Assembly (NCBI GenBank): GCA_046262495.1
Contig: JBHEMR010000192.1
Coordinates: forward strand, 2,678 to 66,677
Reading direction: 5' to 3'
Origin: Pseudonocardiaceae bacterium
Lineage (GTDB): Bacteria > Actinomycetota > Actinomycetes > Mycobacteriales > Pseudonocardiaceae
Length of the DNA: 64,000 nucleotides
Shown: positions 41,952 to 51,879 of the stretch, one piece after another
Numbering within the stretch: the first letter of the stretch is position 1
Layout: every line of letters begins with the position of its first letter
Position numbers and translations under genes: made by a program
Notes under the pieces: generated by a model
The model's database searches: none
Seen by the model: the letters and a program-made list of their open reading frames with translations, nothing else
What the model was told of the DNA's origin: nothing

Positions 41952-42614
41952 ATGTCCGAACCGGCCGGTCCGTCGACGTGCGCCGGGCATCCTGCGGGCG
42001 TGGGCGGTGTGTGGGTAGCAGTGGCGGGAGCCGTTGCAGGAACCGGGGGAGCGATGGTGCTGCGCCGGCTTCCCCGGGGTGTCCGGGTACCGGTGCCGGT
42101 CTGCACCGTGGCGGTGGCCGTACTGTGGGCGGTGGTCGGCGAACGGGCGAGCGAGGGTCTACCCGTGTGGTGGTGGCCGGTTCCGCTGGTTCTCGGCTGG
42201 GCTGGCGTGCTGCTGGCAAGTGCCGACCTGATTGCCCGACGCCTACCAGACGCACTGACGTTGCCAGCCTATCCGGTAGTGGCGGTCCTGCTTGTCGCTG
42301 CCGCGGTCGGTGCTGGCAATAGTGAGGCACTAGCTCGCGCCACCGCCGGCGGGTTGCTGTGGGTCGGCGGCTATGCCGCAGTGCGTCTCGTCGCACCGGG
42401 TGCTCTAGGTGGCGGAGACGTCAAACTCGCCGGCAGCCTGGGTGCACTCGCTGCCGCGACGTCCTGGCCCGGGCTGCTGCTGGCGGTACTGGCAGCAAAC
42501 GTGATAACCGTCGCCATCGCCGGCCCGGCCCGGCTACTGGGTTACCGCGATGTGCCCCACGGGCCGGCGATGCTCGCGTCGGTATGGCTGGTCGTGCTAC
42601 ATCCACCGGGGTAA
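41952..42614 (+). CDS. A24-family prepilin peptidase-like membrane protein
   Basis: Polytopic membrane protein with GGGDVKL and the second Asp-region pattern. Start at MSEPAG (ATG 41952). Confidence 0.7.
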   Translation: MSEPAGPSTCAGHPAGVGGVWVAVAGAVAGTGGAMVLRRLPRGVRVPVPVCTVAVAVLWAVVGERASEGLPVWWWPVPLVLGWAGVLLASADLIARRLPDALTLPAYPVVAVLLVAAAVGAGNSEALARATAGGLLWVGGYAAVRLVAPGALGGGDVKLAGSLGALAAATSWPGLLLAVLAANVITVAIAGPARLLGYRDVPHGPAMLASVWLVVLHPPG

Positions 42615-42811
42615 TCGCTGAAGCATATTCGTGTGAGTTTGCGCAAGTTGTCTAACACTGCGCGATGACTCCATCACCCAAAAAGGTGACCCGTAACGGC
42701 ACCGACACTCGCCCGCAATGTGGTCGTCACAAACGGTTCTTACCGTGCACCGCAGGAACTCGTCGTTAAGCCGCCGTTACCCTCGCCGATCCCGGCGCGA
42801 GAGGAGTCATT

Positions 42812-44074
42812 ATGACCAGATTACCTACGAGAGGGCGTCCGGTGCGTGCGGTCGCCATCCTCGTGGTCGCGGGGCTCACGCTAGCCGGCTGCGGGAGCCG
42901 GGTCGGCGATTCCGCTGCGAGTGGCTCTCCGGCAACCTCCTGCGTTGACACCTCAGGTAGCACGGTGAAGGTCGGATTCCTCAACTCCCTGTCGGGCACC
43001 ATGGCGATCAGTGAGAAGACTGTGCACGACTCGCTGGCCCTGGCTGCTGAACAGATCAACGCCAGTGGCGGCGTGCTCGGCAAGAAATTGCAGGTCGTCA
43101 GTGAAGACGGTGCGTCAGAGCCCACCATTTTCGCGGAGAAGGCCACCAAGCTGATCAGTTCCGACTGTGCGGCTGCGGTCTTCGGTGGCTGGACGTCGTC
43201 GTCCCGCAAGGCGATGCTTCCCGTGTTCGAGGGTGCGAACTCGCTGCTGTTCTATCCGGTGCAATACGAAGGCCTCGAGGCGTCCCCCAATATCTTTTAC
43301 ACCGGAGCAACTACCAACCAGCAGATCGTGCCCGCGCTGGACTACCTGAAGCAGAAGGGTATCAAGTCACTGTTCCTGGTGGGCTCCGATTACGTCTTCC
43401 CGCGGACCGCGAACAAGGAGATCAAAGCCTACGCCAAGGCCAACGGCATGGAGGTCAAGGGTGAGGAATACGCTCCACTCGGCTACACTGACTTCGCGAC
43501 GATCGTCAATAAGGTGAAATCGGCAGGGGCGGGCGCGGTGTTCAACACGCTCAACGGTGACTCGAACGTCGCGTTCTTCAAGGAGTACCGCAACGCCGGT
43601 TTGACCCCGGCCACGATGCCGGTGGTGTCGGTGTCGATCGCCGAGGAGGAGATTAACGGCATCGGTCTGGACAACGTGCTAGGACAGCTGACCGCTTGGA
43701 ACTACTACCAGACCATCGACTCTCCTAAGAACACGGCCTTCGTGCAGGCATTCAAGGCCAAGTACGGCCAGAGTCGAGTGACCTCCGATCCGATGGAGGC
43801 GGCCTACACCTCACTGTTCCTGTGGAAGGCAATCGTGGAGAAGGCGAAGTCGTTCACAACCGACGACATCCGCAAAGCCGCAGGCGGTGTGAGCTACGAC
43901 GCTCCAGAGGGAACCGTCACGGTCAACGGTGAAAATCACCACATCGCGAAGACAGCACTGATCGGCAAGGTGGGTGCGGACTCGCTGATTCACACCGAGT
44001 GGAGTTCCGGTGCCCCGGTCGAGCCGGATCCCTTCCTCAAGAACTACGACTGGGCCAAGGGCCTGACCGGCTGA
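42812..44074 (+). CDS. urtA: urea ABC transporter substrate-binding lipoprotein UrtA
   Basis: Lipobox LAGC. LSGTMAISE, VFGGWTSSSRKA and YPVQYEG are UrtA signatures. SD GAGAGGAG upstream. Confidence 0.9.
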   Translation: MTRLPTRGRPVRAVAILVVAGLTLAGCGSRVGDSAASGSPATSCVDTSGSTVKVGFLNSLSGTMAISEKTVHDSLALAAEQINASGGVLGKKLQVVSEDGASEPTIFAEKATKLISSDCAAAVFGGWTSSSRKAMLPVFEGANSLLFYPVQYEGLEASPNIFYTGATTNQQIVPALDYLKQKGIKSLFLVGSDYVFPRTANKEIKAYAKANGMEVKGEEYAPLGYTDFATIVNKVKSAGAGAVFNTLNGDSNVAFFKEYRNAGLTPATMPVVSVSIAEEEINGIGLDNVLGQLTAWNYYQTIDSPKNTAFVQAFKAKYGQSRVTSDPMEAAYTSLFLWKAIVEKAKSFTTDDIRKAAGGVSYDAPEGTVTVNGENHHIAKTALIGKVGADSLIHTEWSSGAPVEPDPFLKNYDWAKGLTG

Positions 44075-44086
44075 AAGGACGACGGC

Positions 44087-44971
44087 ATGCAAGCCCTGTT
44101 CAGCCAGCTGGTGGCCGGCCTCTCGCTGGGTTCGGTTCTGTTGCTTGCCGCCCTCGGGCTTGCGCTGACGTTCGGCCAGATGGGCGTGATTAATATGGCC
44201 CACGGCGAGTTCATGATGGCGGGTGCCTATACGGCCTTCGTGGCCCAGGGCTTGATTGCTGACGCGGGAACCTCGCTGCTGCTGGCTATCCCGCTCGGTT
44301 TCCTGGTTGGTGGCGTGATGGGGGTGGTCCTGGAAGCCACCCTGATCCGTCGGATGTATCACCGCCCCTTGGACACCCTGCTTGTGACATGGGGAGTATC
44401 ACTGATCTTGCAGCAGGCCGCTCGCGACATCTTCGGTGCCCCCAACGTCGACGTCCGCGCCCCAAGCTGGCTATCAGGCAGCGTCAACATCGGGGTCACC
44501 CACGTGCCGGCGGCCCGGCTGTTCATCCTGGTGCTGGCAGCGGCCGCCGTGGTCGGGCTGTCCCTATTGCTGAAGATGACGGCGCTGGGGCGCCGGATCC
44601 GCGGAGTGGTGCAGAACCGCGACTTGGCCGAGACCGTCGGCATCTCCACCCGGAGCACCGACCGGCTCACGTTCTTTATCGGTTCCGGCCTGGCTGGAAT
44701 CGCCGGTGTGGCGCTCACCCTCCTCGGCTCGACTGGCCCCACCCTCGGTACCAGCTACATCGTCGATGCCTTCCTGGTTGTGGTCGCAGGCGGTATCGGG
44801 CAGATCAAGGGTGCAGTGATCGCGGCATTCGGCCTGGGTCTGTTGCAAGCGACGTTCGAATACTCGACGACAGCAAGCGTTGCCAAGGTTATGGTCTTCG
44901 TCGTGGTTGTGGTCTTTTTGCAGATCCGGCCACAGGGCATCTTCAGCATTCGGACCAGGAGCCTGGCATGA
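44087..44971 (+). CDS. urtB: urea ABC transporter permease UrtB
   Basis: LivH-type permease; INMAHGEF motif. Confidence 0.9.
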   Translation: MQALFSQLVAGLSLGSVLLLAALGLALTFGQMGVINMAHGEFMMAGAYTAFVAQGLIADAGTSLLLAIPLGFLVGGVMGVVLEATLIRRMYHRPLDTLLVTWGVSLILQQAARDIFGAPNVDVRAPSWLSGSVNIGVTHVPAARLFILVLAAAAVVGLSLLLKMTALGRRIRGVVQNRDLAETVGISTRSTDRLTFFIGSGLAGIAGVALTLLGSTGPTLGTSYIVDAFLVVVAGGIGQIKGAVIAAFGLGLLQATFEYSTTASVAKVMVFVVVVVFLQIRPQGIFSIRTRSLA

Positions 44972-46155
44972 TCGATACCAGCGCGCAAGTCAGGGGAAAG
45001 AATAAGCACAGCTACGTCGCTGTCTTGGGTTTCGCGCTGGGCGCCGTGGCATTGCTGGTGGCCGCCCCTGCTATGCTCTCAGACTTTCGTCTTTCGCTAT
45101 TAGGCCGGTTCGTCTGTTATGGGATCGTGGCGGTTGGCATCGGTCTGGCTTGGGGCCGCGGCGGCATGCTCACTTTGGGGCAAGGCGTATTCTTTGGTTT
45201 GGGTGGTTACGCGATGGCGATCCACCTTAAACTCGCCGATGCCGGACCCTCCGGGGTGCCCGATTTTATGCGGCTCTACGGGTCGGGCCACCTGCCCATC
45301 TGGTGGGAACCATTCCGATCCCCTGTCGTGACCCTGCTCGGAGTGGTCTTTATTCCCTCATTGGTTGCCTATGGTCTCGGTACCGCGATCTTCCGTAGGC
45401 GGGTTCGCGGCGCATATTTCGCCATTTTGTCGCAGGCGTTGGCGGCAGCCTTCGCGATACTGCTAATCGGTCAGCAAACCACCACCGGTGGGACGAACGG
45501 CCTCAATGGATTCCGCTCGTTCTTCGGCTTCAATCTGTTCGATCCGATAAACAAGCGTATGCTGTTCTTCATCGCCGCGGTCACCCTGTTGGTGATGCTG
45601 GTCATCGTCTGGCAGCTCTACCGCTCCCGGTACGGGGAGCTGCTCATCGCGGTCCGGGATCAGGAGGAGCGGGTCCGATTCCTGGGCTATGATCCGGCCA
45701 ACATCAAGGTTGTGGCGTACGTGTTGGCGGCGGCGATGGCCGGCATCGCGGGTGCGTTGTTCGTACCCATCGTGGGAATCATCTCCCCAGCCAGCGTCGG
45801 AGTCGTCCCCTCGATCGCCTTCCTGATCGGGGTAGCCATCGGTGGCCGTGCCACGCTGTTCGGTCCGGCACTCGGGGCTATCGTAGTAGCCTGGGCCCAA
45901 ACGGCGCTCTCAGAGAGTTTTCCGTCGTTCTGGAGTTACTTCCAAGGGGCACTGTTCGTTCTGGTGATCGCCTTCCTGCCCGCCGGGCTGTCGTCAGTGA
46001 ATCTGTTGCGGGGGTTATCGCTGCGCAGACGGCGCGCCGGTAACCGAACCGATGGAACCGAGCCGCCACCGCCGCCGCGGTCACTTGATGCGGTGCGTCC
46101 ACCCCCGCCGGAACCCGGCCTTTCCGGGGTCAGCGCTGGATCGGAGGCCGGGTGA
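44968..46155 (+). CDS. urtC: urea ABC transporter permease UrtC (Pro-rich C-terminal tail)
   Basis: ATGA overlap with urtB. LivM-type permease (GMLTLGQGVFFGLGGY). The ORF-track extension 44389-44967 is out-of-frame overlap with urtB. Confidence 0.9.
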   Translation: MIDTSAQVRGKNKHSYVAVLGFALGAVALLVAAPAMLSDFRLSLLGRFVCYGIVAVGIGLAWGRGGMLTLGQGVFFGLGGYAMAIHLKLADAGPSGVPDFMRLYGSGHLPIWWEPFRSPVVTLLGVVFIPSLVAYGLGTAIFRRRVRGAYFAILSQALAAAFAILLIGQQTTTGGTNGLNGFRSFFGFNLFDPINKRMLFFIAAVTLLVMLVIVWQLYRSRYGELLIAVRDQEERVRFLGYDPANIKVVAYVLAAAMAGIAGALFVPIVGIISPASVGVVPSIAFLIGVAIGGRATLFGPALGAIVVAWAQTALSESFPSFWSYFQGALFVLVIAFLPAGLSSVNLLRGLSLRRRRAGNRTDGTEPPPPPRSLDAVRPPPPEPGLSGVSAGSEAG

Positions 46156-46910
46156 TGACAATAGACGCGAAGCACGACTACTTGGAACTGTCCGAAGTGC
46201 GGGTGGTGTTCGACGGGTTCGTCGCTGTCGATGGGGTTTCCATGACGGTGCGCCACGGCGATCTGCGGTTCCTCATCGGGCCCAACGGTGCAGGCAAGAC
46301 CACGCTCGTCGACGCGGTCACCGGATTGGCCCCAGCAACCGGGTCGGTCCGGTTCGGCCGGACGGAACTGATCGGCAAGAAGGTGCACCGGATCGCCCGG
46401 TTGGGGGTCGGGCGTACCTTCCAGACGGCCAGTGTCTTCGAGGAGCTGACCGTGCTGCAGAACCTCGATATCGCGGCAGGCGCAGGTCGCGCTGCGCTGT
46501 CGCTGCTGCGCCGCCGCTCGTCGGTGCCACCGGCGGTCGAGGACGCGATGGACACTGTGGGCCTATCCGCGCAGCGGGACCGCCAAGCAGGTGCGCTTGC
46601 GCACGGCCAGAAGCAGTGGCTGGAGATCGGCATGTTGCTGGTGCAAAACTCGCGGGTACTGTTGCTGGACGAGCCGGTGGCCGGGATGAGCGCCGACGAG
46701 CGGGTCCAGACTGGCGAACTGCTGCGCCGGATCGGCGCCGAGCGCACCGTCGTGGTGGTCGAGCACGACATGGAGTTCATGCGGTCCTTTGCCAACTCGG
46801 TCACCGTGCTGCATGCCGGAAAAGTGCTCAGCGCCGGCACGGTCGCGCAGGTGCAGGCCGACCCAAAGGTGCAAGAGGTCTACCTCGGCCGGGCGGAGGT
46901 TGTGCAGTGA
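46152..46910 (+). CDS. urtD: urea ABC transporter ATP-binding protein UrtD
   Basis: Walker A GPNGAGKTT, signature-like region, Walker B LLLDEP. Confidence 0.9.
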   Translation: MMTIDAKHDYLELSEVRVVFDGFVAVDGVSMTVRHGDLRFLIGPNGAGKTTLVDAVTGLAPATGSVRFGRTELIGKKVHRIARLGVGRTFQTASVFEELTVLQNLDIAAGAGRAALSLLRRRSSVPPAVEDAMDTVGLSAQRDRQAGALAHGQKQWLEIGMLLVQNSRVLLLDEPVAGMSADERVQTGELLRRIGAERTVVVVEHDMEFMRSFANSVTVLHAGKVLSAGTVAQVQADPKVQEVYLGRAEVVQ

Positions 46911-47623
46911 CATTGACGTTGGATATGGCGACGTTGGACATGACCGACATCCATGTGGGCTACGGACGAACCACCGTGGTGCACGGCGCGACCATCGAGG
47001 TACCGCCCGGCGGGGTGACTGCCGTGATGGGACACAACGGTGCCGGCAAGACGACCCTGCTGCGAGCCGCAGTCGGGCTCCTCCAGCCCCGCGCCGGGCG
47101 GATCATGTTCGACGGCGAGGACATCACCCGGATGCGACCCAACGAGCGCGTCAAGCGCGGCCTGGGCTACGTGCCGCAGGGACAGCAATGCTTCCCACAA
47201 CTGACCACTCAGGAGAACCTGCAACTCGTAGCGGACACCCGGCGAGGCGGCAATAAGCTGATCGCCGAGATGCTGGACCTCTTTCCGGCGTTGGGGGGGC
47301 TCTTGGCACGTCGCGCCGGCCTGCTGTCCGGTGGTCAGCGACAGCAACTGGCGATCGCCCGGGCACTGATCACCCAGCCGCGGCTGCTGATCCTGGACGA
47401 GCCGACCGAGGGCATCCAGCCGTCCGTGGTGGCGGAGATCGAGCAGACGATCCTGTCGTTGACCTCCTGCATGGGTCTGTCAATCCTGCTGGTCGAACAA
47501 CACGTGGGATTCGCCCTCGCCGCGGCGAGCCGCTACTACGTCATGGAAGCGGGCCGGATCACCTCTACCGGCGCCGGCGGTGCCGACGCCCACGCCGATG
47601 TCCGAGCCGCCATGGCGATCTGA
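46907..47623 (+). CDS. urtE: urea ABC transporter ATP-binding protein UrtE
   Basis: GTGA overlap with urtD. GHNGAGKTT, LSGGQRQ, LILDEP. Confidence 0.9.
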   Translation: MTLTLDMATLDMTDIHVGYGRTTVVHGATIEVPPGGVTAVMGHNGAGKTTLLRAAVGLLQPRAGRIMFDGEDITRMRPNERVKRGLGYVPQGQQCFPQLTTQENLQLVADTRRGGNKLIAEMLDLFPALGGLLARRAGLLSGGQRQQLAIARALITQPRLLILDEPTEGIQPSVVAEIEQTILSLTSCMGLSILLVEQHVGFALAAASRYYVMEAGRITSTGAGGADAHADVRAAMAI

Positions 47624-47835
47624 GAACTAACCTGCCGCGCCGTGCCGGGAATGATCGGGGCGCACAAGTGGTTGTATGGGATGTCCGGGCCGGGTGGATT
47701 GTGTCCCCCGGGTCCACTAAAAACTGCCACCGCGGACGATCGTACGGCTGAAGCCGCGGTGTGCCCTTCGCCGAGAGGTGACCAGCACACTCGGCCCGGA
47801 CCCGCTTCGCCCGGCGACGATAAGGATGGCAAGCC

Positions 47836-48144
47836 ATGAAGGGTGATCGCACAGAGATTGTCATCGACGCCGGCGGTACCACCCGGACATACGAGATCGA
47901 AGCCACCCGTAATGGTCGGCGGGTGGAGATCACCCACGGTCGCGGCATCGTGGAGGTCACCGAGGTCACCCGTGGCGGCACTCCGATACGCACCGCTCGA
48001 TTCATGGCCTCCCGGGTCCTCGCCCTGGTCGAGCATCCCGCTGCCCGACCAGCAATGGACGAGGTCAAGCCAGTTACGCCGGTCGTTCCGCAACCTCGGG
48101 TAGGTGGCAGCGCCGCTGTTCTTCAACCCGCCGAAGTGATGTGA
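47836..48144 (+). CDS. small hypothetical protein between the urt and ure operons
   Basis: 102-aa ORF with AAGGA 9 nt upstream of the ATG. The N-terminal two thirds are beta-rich (TRTYEIEATRNGRRVEITHGRGIVEVTEVTRGG) with reasonable third-position G/C. The C-terminal third has weaker codon bias. No recognisable family. Confidence 0.4.
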   Translation: MKGDRTEIVIDAGGTTRTYEIEATRNGRRVEITHGRGIVEVTEVTRGGTPIRTARFMASRVLALVEHPAARPAMDEVKPVTPVVPQPRVGGSAAVLQPAEVM

Positions 48145-48204
48145 CAGTCATACTTGATGACCCATACTCATTGATCGCCGCAGAGCGGGTGAGGAGGGGT
48201 CGAC

Positions 48205-48507
48205 ATGCTGCTGTCCCCGCATGAGCAGGAAAAGCTTCTCGTCCACGTGGCCGGCCAGCTGGCCAGAGAACGCCGGGCCAGGGGATTGCGACTTAACTAC
48301 CCTGAGGCTGTTGCGTTGATCACGTCGTGGGTGTTGGAGCGAGCGCGGGACGGCCGTAGCGTCGCCGATCTCATGGCGGAAGGCCAGCGGGTGCTCAGCC
48401 GGCAGGACGTCATGGAGGGCGTGCCGGAAATGATCTCTTCGGTGCAGGTCGAGGCGACCTTCCCGGACGGCACGAAACTTGTCACCGTGCACCGGCCAAT
48501 CCAGTGA
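48205..48507 (+). CDS. ureA: urease subunit gamma
   Basis: [12 protein letters not shown]...[10 protein letters not shown]...[15 protein letters not shown] is canonical UreA. Confidence 0.95.
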   Translation: MLLSPHEQEKLLVHVAGQLARERRARGLRLNYPEAVALITSWVLERARDGRSVADLMAEGQRVLSRQDVMEGVPEMISSVQVEATFPDGTKLVTVHRPIQ

Positions 48508-50570
48508 CCGACCGGCCCGGGTCACCGGGTGAACTGCTGCTCTTCGGTGAATCGGTCGTGCTGGGGCCGCAGGCCGGTAGTGAGCTGGTCGTGCTGAACA
48601 CCGGCGACCGGCCCATTCAAGTCGGGTCGCACTACCACCTCGCCGCGGCGAACCCGGCGCTGGAAATGGACCGCGCAGCCGCCACCGGAATGCGGTTGGC
48701 GGTGCCGGCCGGTACGTCGGTGCGCTTTGAACCCGGCATCGAACGGGTGGTGCGGGTTGTGCCGCTGGGTGGCACCCGTACTGTGCCCGGCCTGCGACTG
48801 GATGCACCCGATCCCAGCGCGGCAGCTCGGAGAACCGCCAGCCCAGGCCGGTGGACTGTCGAGCGCAGCCGCTACGCCGCCCTCTACGGTCCCACCGAGG
48901 GCGACCGGCTACGGCTGGCCGACACGAACCTGCTCGTGGAGGTTACCGAGGACCGCTGCCGCGGGCCGCACGGCGGGGACGAGGCGGTCTTCGGCGGCGG
49001 CAAAGTGATCCGCGAGTCGATGGGGCAGGCCCGGGCTTCGCGAGCGGACGGTGCAGCGGACCTGGTAATCACCGGCGCGGTCGTGCTGGACCACTGGGGG
49101 GTGGTCAAGGCTGACATTGGGGTGCGAGACGGCCGGATCGTCGGGCTGGGTAAGGCCGGGAACCCGGACATTATGGACGGCGTGCATTCCGCGCTGGTCA
49201 TCGGCCCGGGGACCGAGGTGATCGCCGGCAACGGGATGATCCTGACCGCCGGCGCGGTGGACTGCCATGTGCATCTGATCAGCCCGCAGCAGGTGCCCGA
49301 GGCGCTGGGATCGGGCGTCACCACCTTGATCGGCGGCGGCACCGGACCCGCCGAGGGCACCAAGGCGACCACCGTGACGCCCGGCGCCTGGTACCTGGCT
49401 CGAATGCTGGAGTCCCTTGATGCGCTTCCCGTGAACATCGCGCTGCTGGGTAAGGGCAACACGGTGGGCGAACCGGCGCTGTACGAGCAGGTCGCGGCCG
49501 GGGCCAGCGGTTTCAAGCTGCACGAGGACTGGGGATCCACCCCAGCGGCGATCGACGCCTGCCTGCGCGTTGCCGATGACACCGGTGTGCAGGTGGCGAT
49601 CCACACCGACACCCTCAACGAGGCCGGTTACGTCGCTGACACGCTGGCCGCGATCGGCGGCCGAACCATCCACGCTTACCACACCGAAGGGGCTGGTGGT
49701 GGCCACGCGCCGGACATCATCACCGTCGCAGCGCAGCCGAACGTGTTGCCCAGCTCCACCAATCCGACCCGCCCGCACACCGTGAACACCCTCGATGAGC
49801 ACCTCGACATGCTCATGGTCTGCCATCACCTCAACCCCGCCGTCCCGGAGGACCTGGCGTTCGCAGAGAGCCGGATCCGGCCGTCCACCATCGCGGCTGA
49901 GGACCTGCTGCATGACCTCGGGGCCATCTCGATGATCGGGTCGGACTCCCAGGCGATGGGCCGGGTCGGCGAGGTGATCGTCCGAACCTGGCAGACCGCG
50001 CATGTCATGAAGCGCCGGGGCGGGGCCCTGGCCGGGGACGCGGAAACCTCGGACAACTTGCGGGCGCGGCGATATGTGGCCAAGTACACGATCTGCCCGG
50101 CCGTCGCGCATGGGCTCGACGGTGAGGTCGGCTCGGTCGAAGTGGGTAAGCTCGCCGATCTGGTGTTGTGGCAACCGGCCTTCTTCGGGGTGCGGCCGAA
50201 CGTTGTCATCAAGGGCGGCATGATCGCTTGGGCAGCGATGGGGGACTCCAATGCCTCCATCCCGACCCCGCAGCCGGTGCTGCCGCGGCCGATGTTCGGG
50301 GCTGCCGCGGTGACCGCCGCCGCCACCTCGGTGCACTTCGTGGCTCCGGCAGCGGTGCAGGGCGGCCTCGCCGACCGGCTGGCGGTGCGGCGCAGGCTGG
50401 TGGCGGTGCGCGACACGCGGGCGTTGGGCAAAGCTGACATGCCGCACAATGATGCGCTCCCGCGCATCGAGGTGGATCCGGAAACGTTCACCGTCCGGAT
50501 CAACGGAGAAGTGGTCGAACCCGCTCCAGCGGAAGAGCTCCCGATGGCCCAACGCTACTTTCTGTTCTAA
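48504..50570 (+). CDS. ureC: urease beta-alpha fusion protein (UreB domain fused in frame to UreC)
   Basis: Residues 1 to about 105 form a UreB domain ([24 protein letters not shown]). A linker follows ([18 protein letters not shown]). The remainder is a full UreC ([52 protein letters not shown]). No stop or in-frame start separates the two parts. Confidence 0.9.
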   Translation: MTDRPGSPGELLLFGESVVLGPQAGSELVVLNTGDRPIQVGSHYHLAAANPALEMDRAAATGMRLAVPAGTSVRFEPGIERVVRVVPLGGTRTVPGLRLDAPDPSAAARRTASPGRWTVERSRYAALYGPTEGDRLRLADTNLLVEVTEDRCRGPHGGDEAVFGGGKVIRESMGQARASRADGAADLVITGAVVLDHWGVVKADIGVRDGRIVGLGKAGNPDIMDGVHSALVIGPGTEVIAGNGMILTAGAVDCHVHLISPQQVPEALGSGVTTLIGGGTGPAEGTKATTVTPGAWYLARMLESLDALPVNIALLGKGNTVGEPALYEQVAAGASGFKLHEDWGSTPAAIDACLRVADDTGVQVAIHTDTLNEAGYVADTLAAIGGRTIHAYHTEGAGGGHAPDIITVAAQPNVLPSSTNPTRPHTVNTLDEHLDMLMVCHHLNPAVPEDLAFAESRIRPSTIAAEDLLHDLGAISMIGSDSQAMGRVGEVIVRTWQTAHVMKRRGGALAGDAETSDNLRARRYVAKYTICPAVAHGLDGEVGSVEVGKLADLVLWQPAFFGVRPNVVIKGGMIAWAAMGDSNASIPTPQPVLPRPMFGAAAVTAAATSVHFVAPAAVQGGLADRLAVRRRLVAVRDTRALGKADMPHNDALPRIEVDPETFTVRINGEVVEPAPAEELPMAQRYFLF

Positions 50571-51259
50571 TGACGGTGCTGGCGTCGCTGTTGTTGGCCG
50601 ATTCCCGGTTGCCCACCGGAGGCCACGCACACTCCGGCGGGGTGGAGGCCGCGGTCGAGCGCGGTCTGGTGTGTGATGAATCCGACCTCGCCCTCTACCT
50701 TGCCGGCCGGCTGCGGGGTACGGGTTCGGTGGTCGCTGCGGTCGCTGCGGCCGGCTGCGTGCTGGCTGCCAGCATCCCGCCGGTGGACTGGGGGTGCTGG
50801 GACGCCGCGGTCAGTGCCCGTACACCGTCGGCCGCCGCCCGGGAAGCGTCCCGAGCGCAGGGTGTGACGCTTCTGCGTACTGCCCGCCGGGTCTGGCCGT
50901 CCGCTGCTTTGGAGGCGCTGGGTCAGACCCCCCGTCCGCACCACCCGCTGGTGCTCGGTGCCGTAGTAGCCGCCACTGGAGATGGTGCCAACACGGCCGC
51001 GTTGCTCGCCTTGCACCACCTGCTCAGCGGGGCCTGCGCGGCCGCAGTAAGGCTGCTAGGACTGGACCCGATCGCGGTCGCCGCCGTGCAGGCGCGCGCG
51101 AGCCGGTCAGCTGCGCAGGTCGGTTTGCGCGCGGCTGGCGTGGGGCGCGAGGCCGTTGTCCAGCAGGACACCCGGCTGCTGCCTAGCACTGGTACCCCAC
51201 TGCCGGAGCTGCTGGCCGAACTGCACGCCCGCACGGAGGTGACTCTCTTTGCCTCGTGA
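50570..51259 (+). CDS. ureF: urease accessory protein UreF
   Basis: [18 protein letters not shown] is the UreF N-terminal signature; the ATG overlaps the ureC stop by 1 nt. Confidence 0.85.
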   Translation: MTVLASLLLADSRLPTGGHAHSGGVEAAVERGLVCDESDLALYLAGRLRGTGSVVAAVAAAGCVLAASIPPVDWGCWDAAVSARTPSAAAREASRAQGVTLLRTARRVWPSAALEALGQTPRPHHPLVLGAVVAATGDGANTAALLALHHLLSGACAAAVRLLGLDPIAVAAVQARASRSAAQVGLRAAGVGREAVVQQDTRLLPSTGTPLPELLAELHARTEVTLFAS

Positions 51260-51869
51260 GCATCGGGCCTTGCGGATCGGCATCGGAGGGCCGGTCGGCA
51301 GCGGCAAAACCGCGCTGGTGGCGGCGCTATGCCGAACGCTGCGCGACGAGCTGTCGCTGGTGGTAGTCACCAATGACATCTACACCACCGAAGACGCCGA
51401 CTTCCTGCGTACCCACGGGGTGCTGCCCCGCGAGCGAATAAGGGCGGTGCGCACCGGCTGCTGCCCGCATACCGCAATCCGCGATGACATCACGGCCAAC
51501 CTCGACGCGGTGGAGGAGCTCACCGCGCGCTACGACCCCGACCTGGTGTTGGTGGAAAGCGGCGGGGACAATCTCACCGCCATTTTCAGCTACGGCCTGA
51601 TCGATGCGCAGATCTTCGTCCTCGACGTCGCCGGTGGCGACAAGGTGCCCCGCAAGGGTGGACCTGGAGTCACCCGCTCCGACCTACTAGTGGTCAACAA
51701 GACCGATCTCGCCCCGTTGGTGGGCGCGGACCTGGACGTGATGCGCCGGGATGCCGTGGCAGTTCGAGGCGGCCGGCCTACCGTCCTGATCTCCCTGCGG
51801 GAGCAGCCCGACGCGGGACCGGTGGTGACGTGGCTACTCAGCCAACTGCGGTCAGCCGTGCCGCGGTGA
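51249..51869 (+). CDS. ureG: urease accessory GTPase UreG (no His-rich N-terminus)
   Basis: [10 protein letters not shown]-loop, CPH metal motif ([10 protein letters not shown]), ESGGDNL, NKTDL. TTG start overlaps the ureF 3' end. Confidence 0.9.
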   Translation: MPREHRALRIGIGGPVGSGKTALVAALCRTLRDELSLVVVTNDIYTTEDADFLRTHGVLPRERIRAVRTGCCPHTAIRDDITANLDAVEELTARYDPDLVLVESGGDNLTAIFSYGLIDAQIFVLDVAGGDKVPRKGGPGVTRSDLLVVNKTDLAPLVGADLDVMRRDAVAVRGGRPTVLISLREQPDAGPVVTWLLSQLRSAVPR

Positions 51870-51879
51870 GGGGCTGCCG

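Noticed and set aside
47700-47760. Possible guanidine-II/III (mini-ykkC, ykkC-III) motifs around CCGCGGACGAUCGUACGG in the urtE-ureA spacer
   Set aside because: Only a GGACGA string matches. The ACGR-tetraloop hairpin pair (guanidine-II) and the CCGGACGAGGUGCGCCGUACCCGGUCAGGACAAGACGGCGC-type pseudoknot (guanidine-III) are both absent.
48909-50630. 573-aa minus-strand ORF antisense to ureC. The same issue applies to 4127-5413, 4428-5681, 39984-41039, 38776-39684 and 53865-54266.
   Set aside because: Low-complexity Arg/Gly/Pro composition, no family resemblance, and full overlap with strongly supported genes on the other strand or frame.
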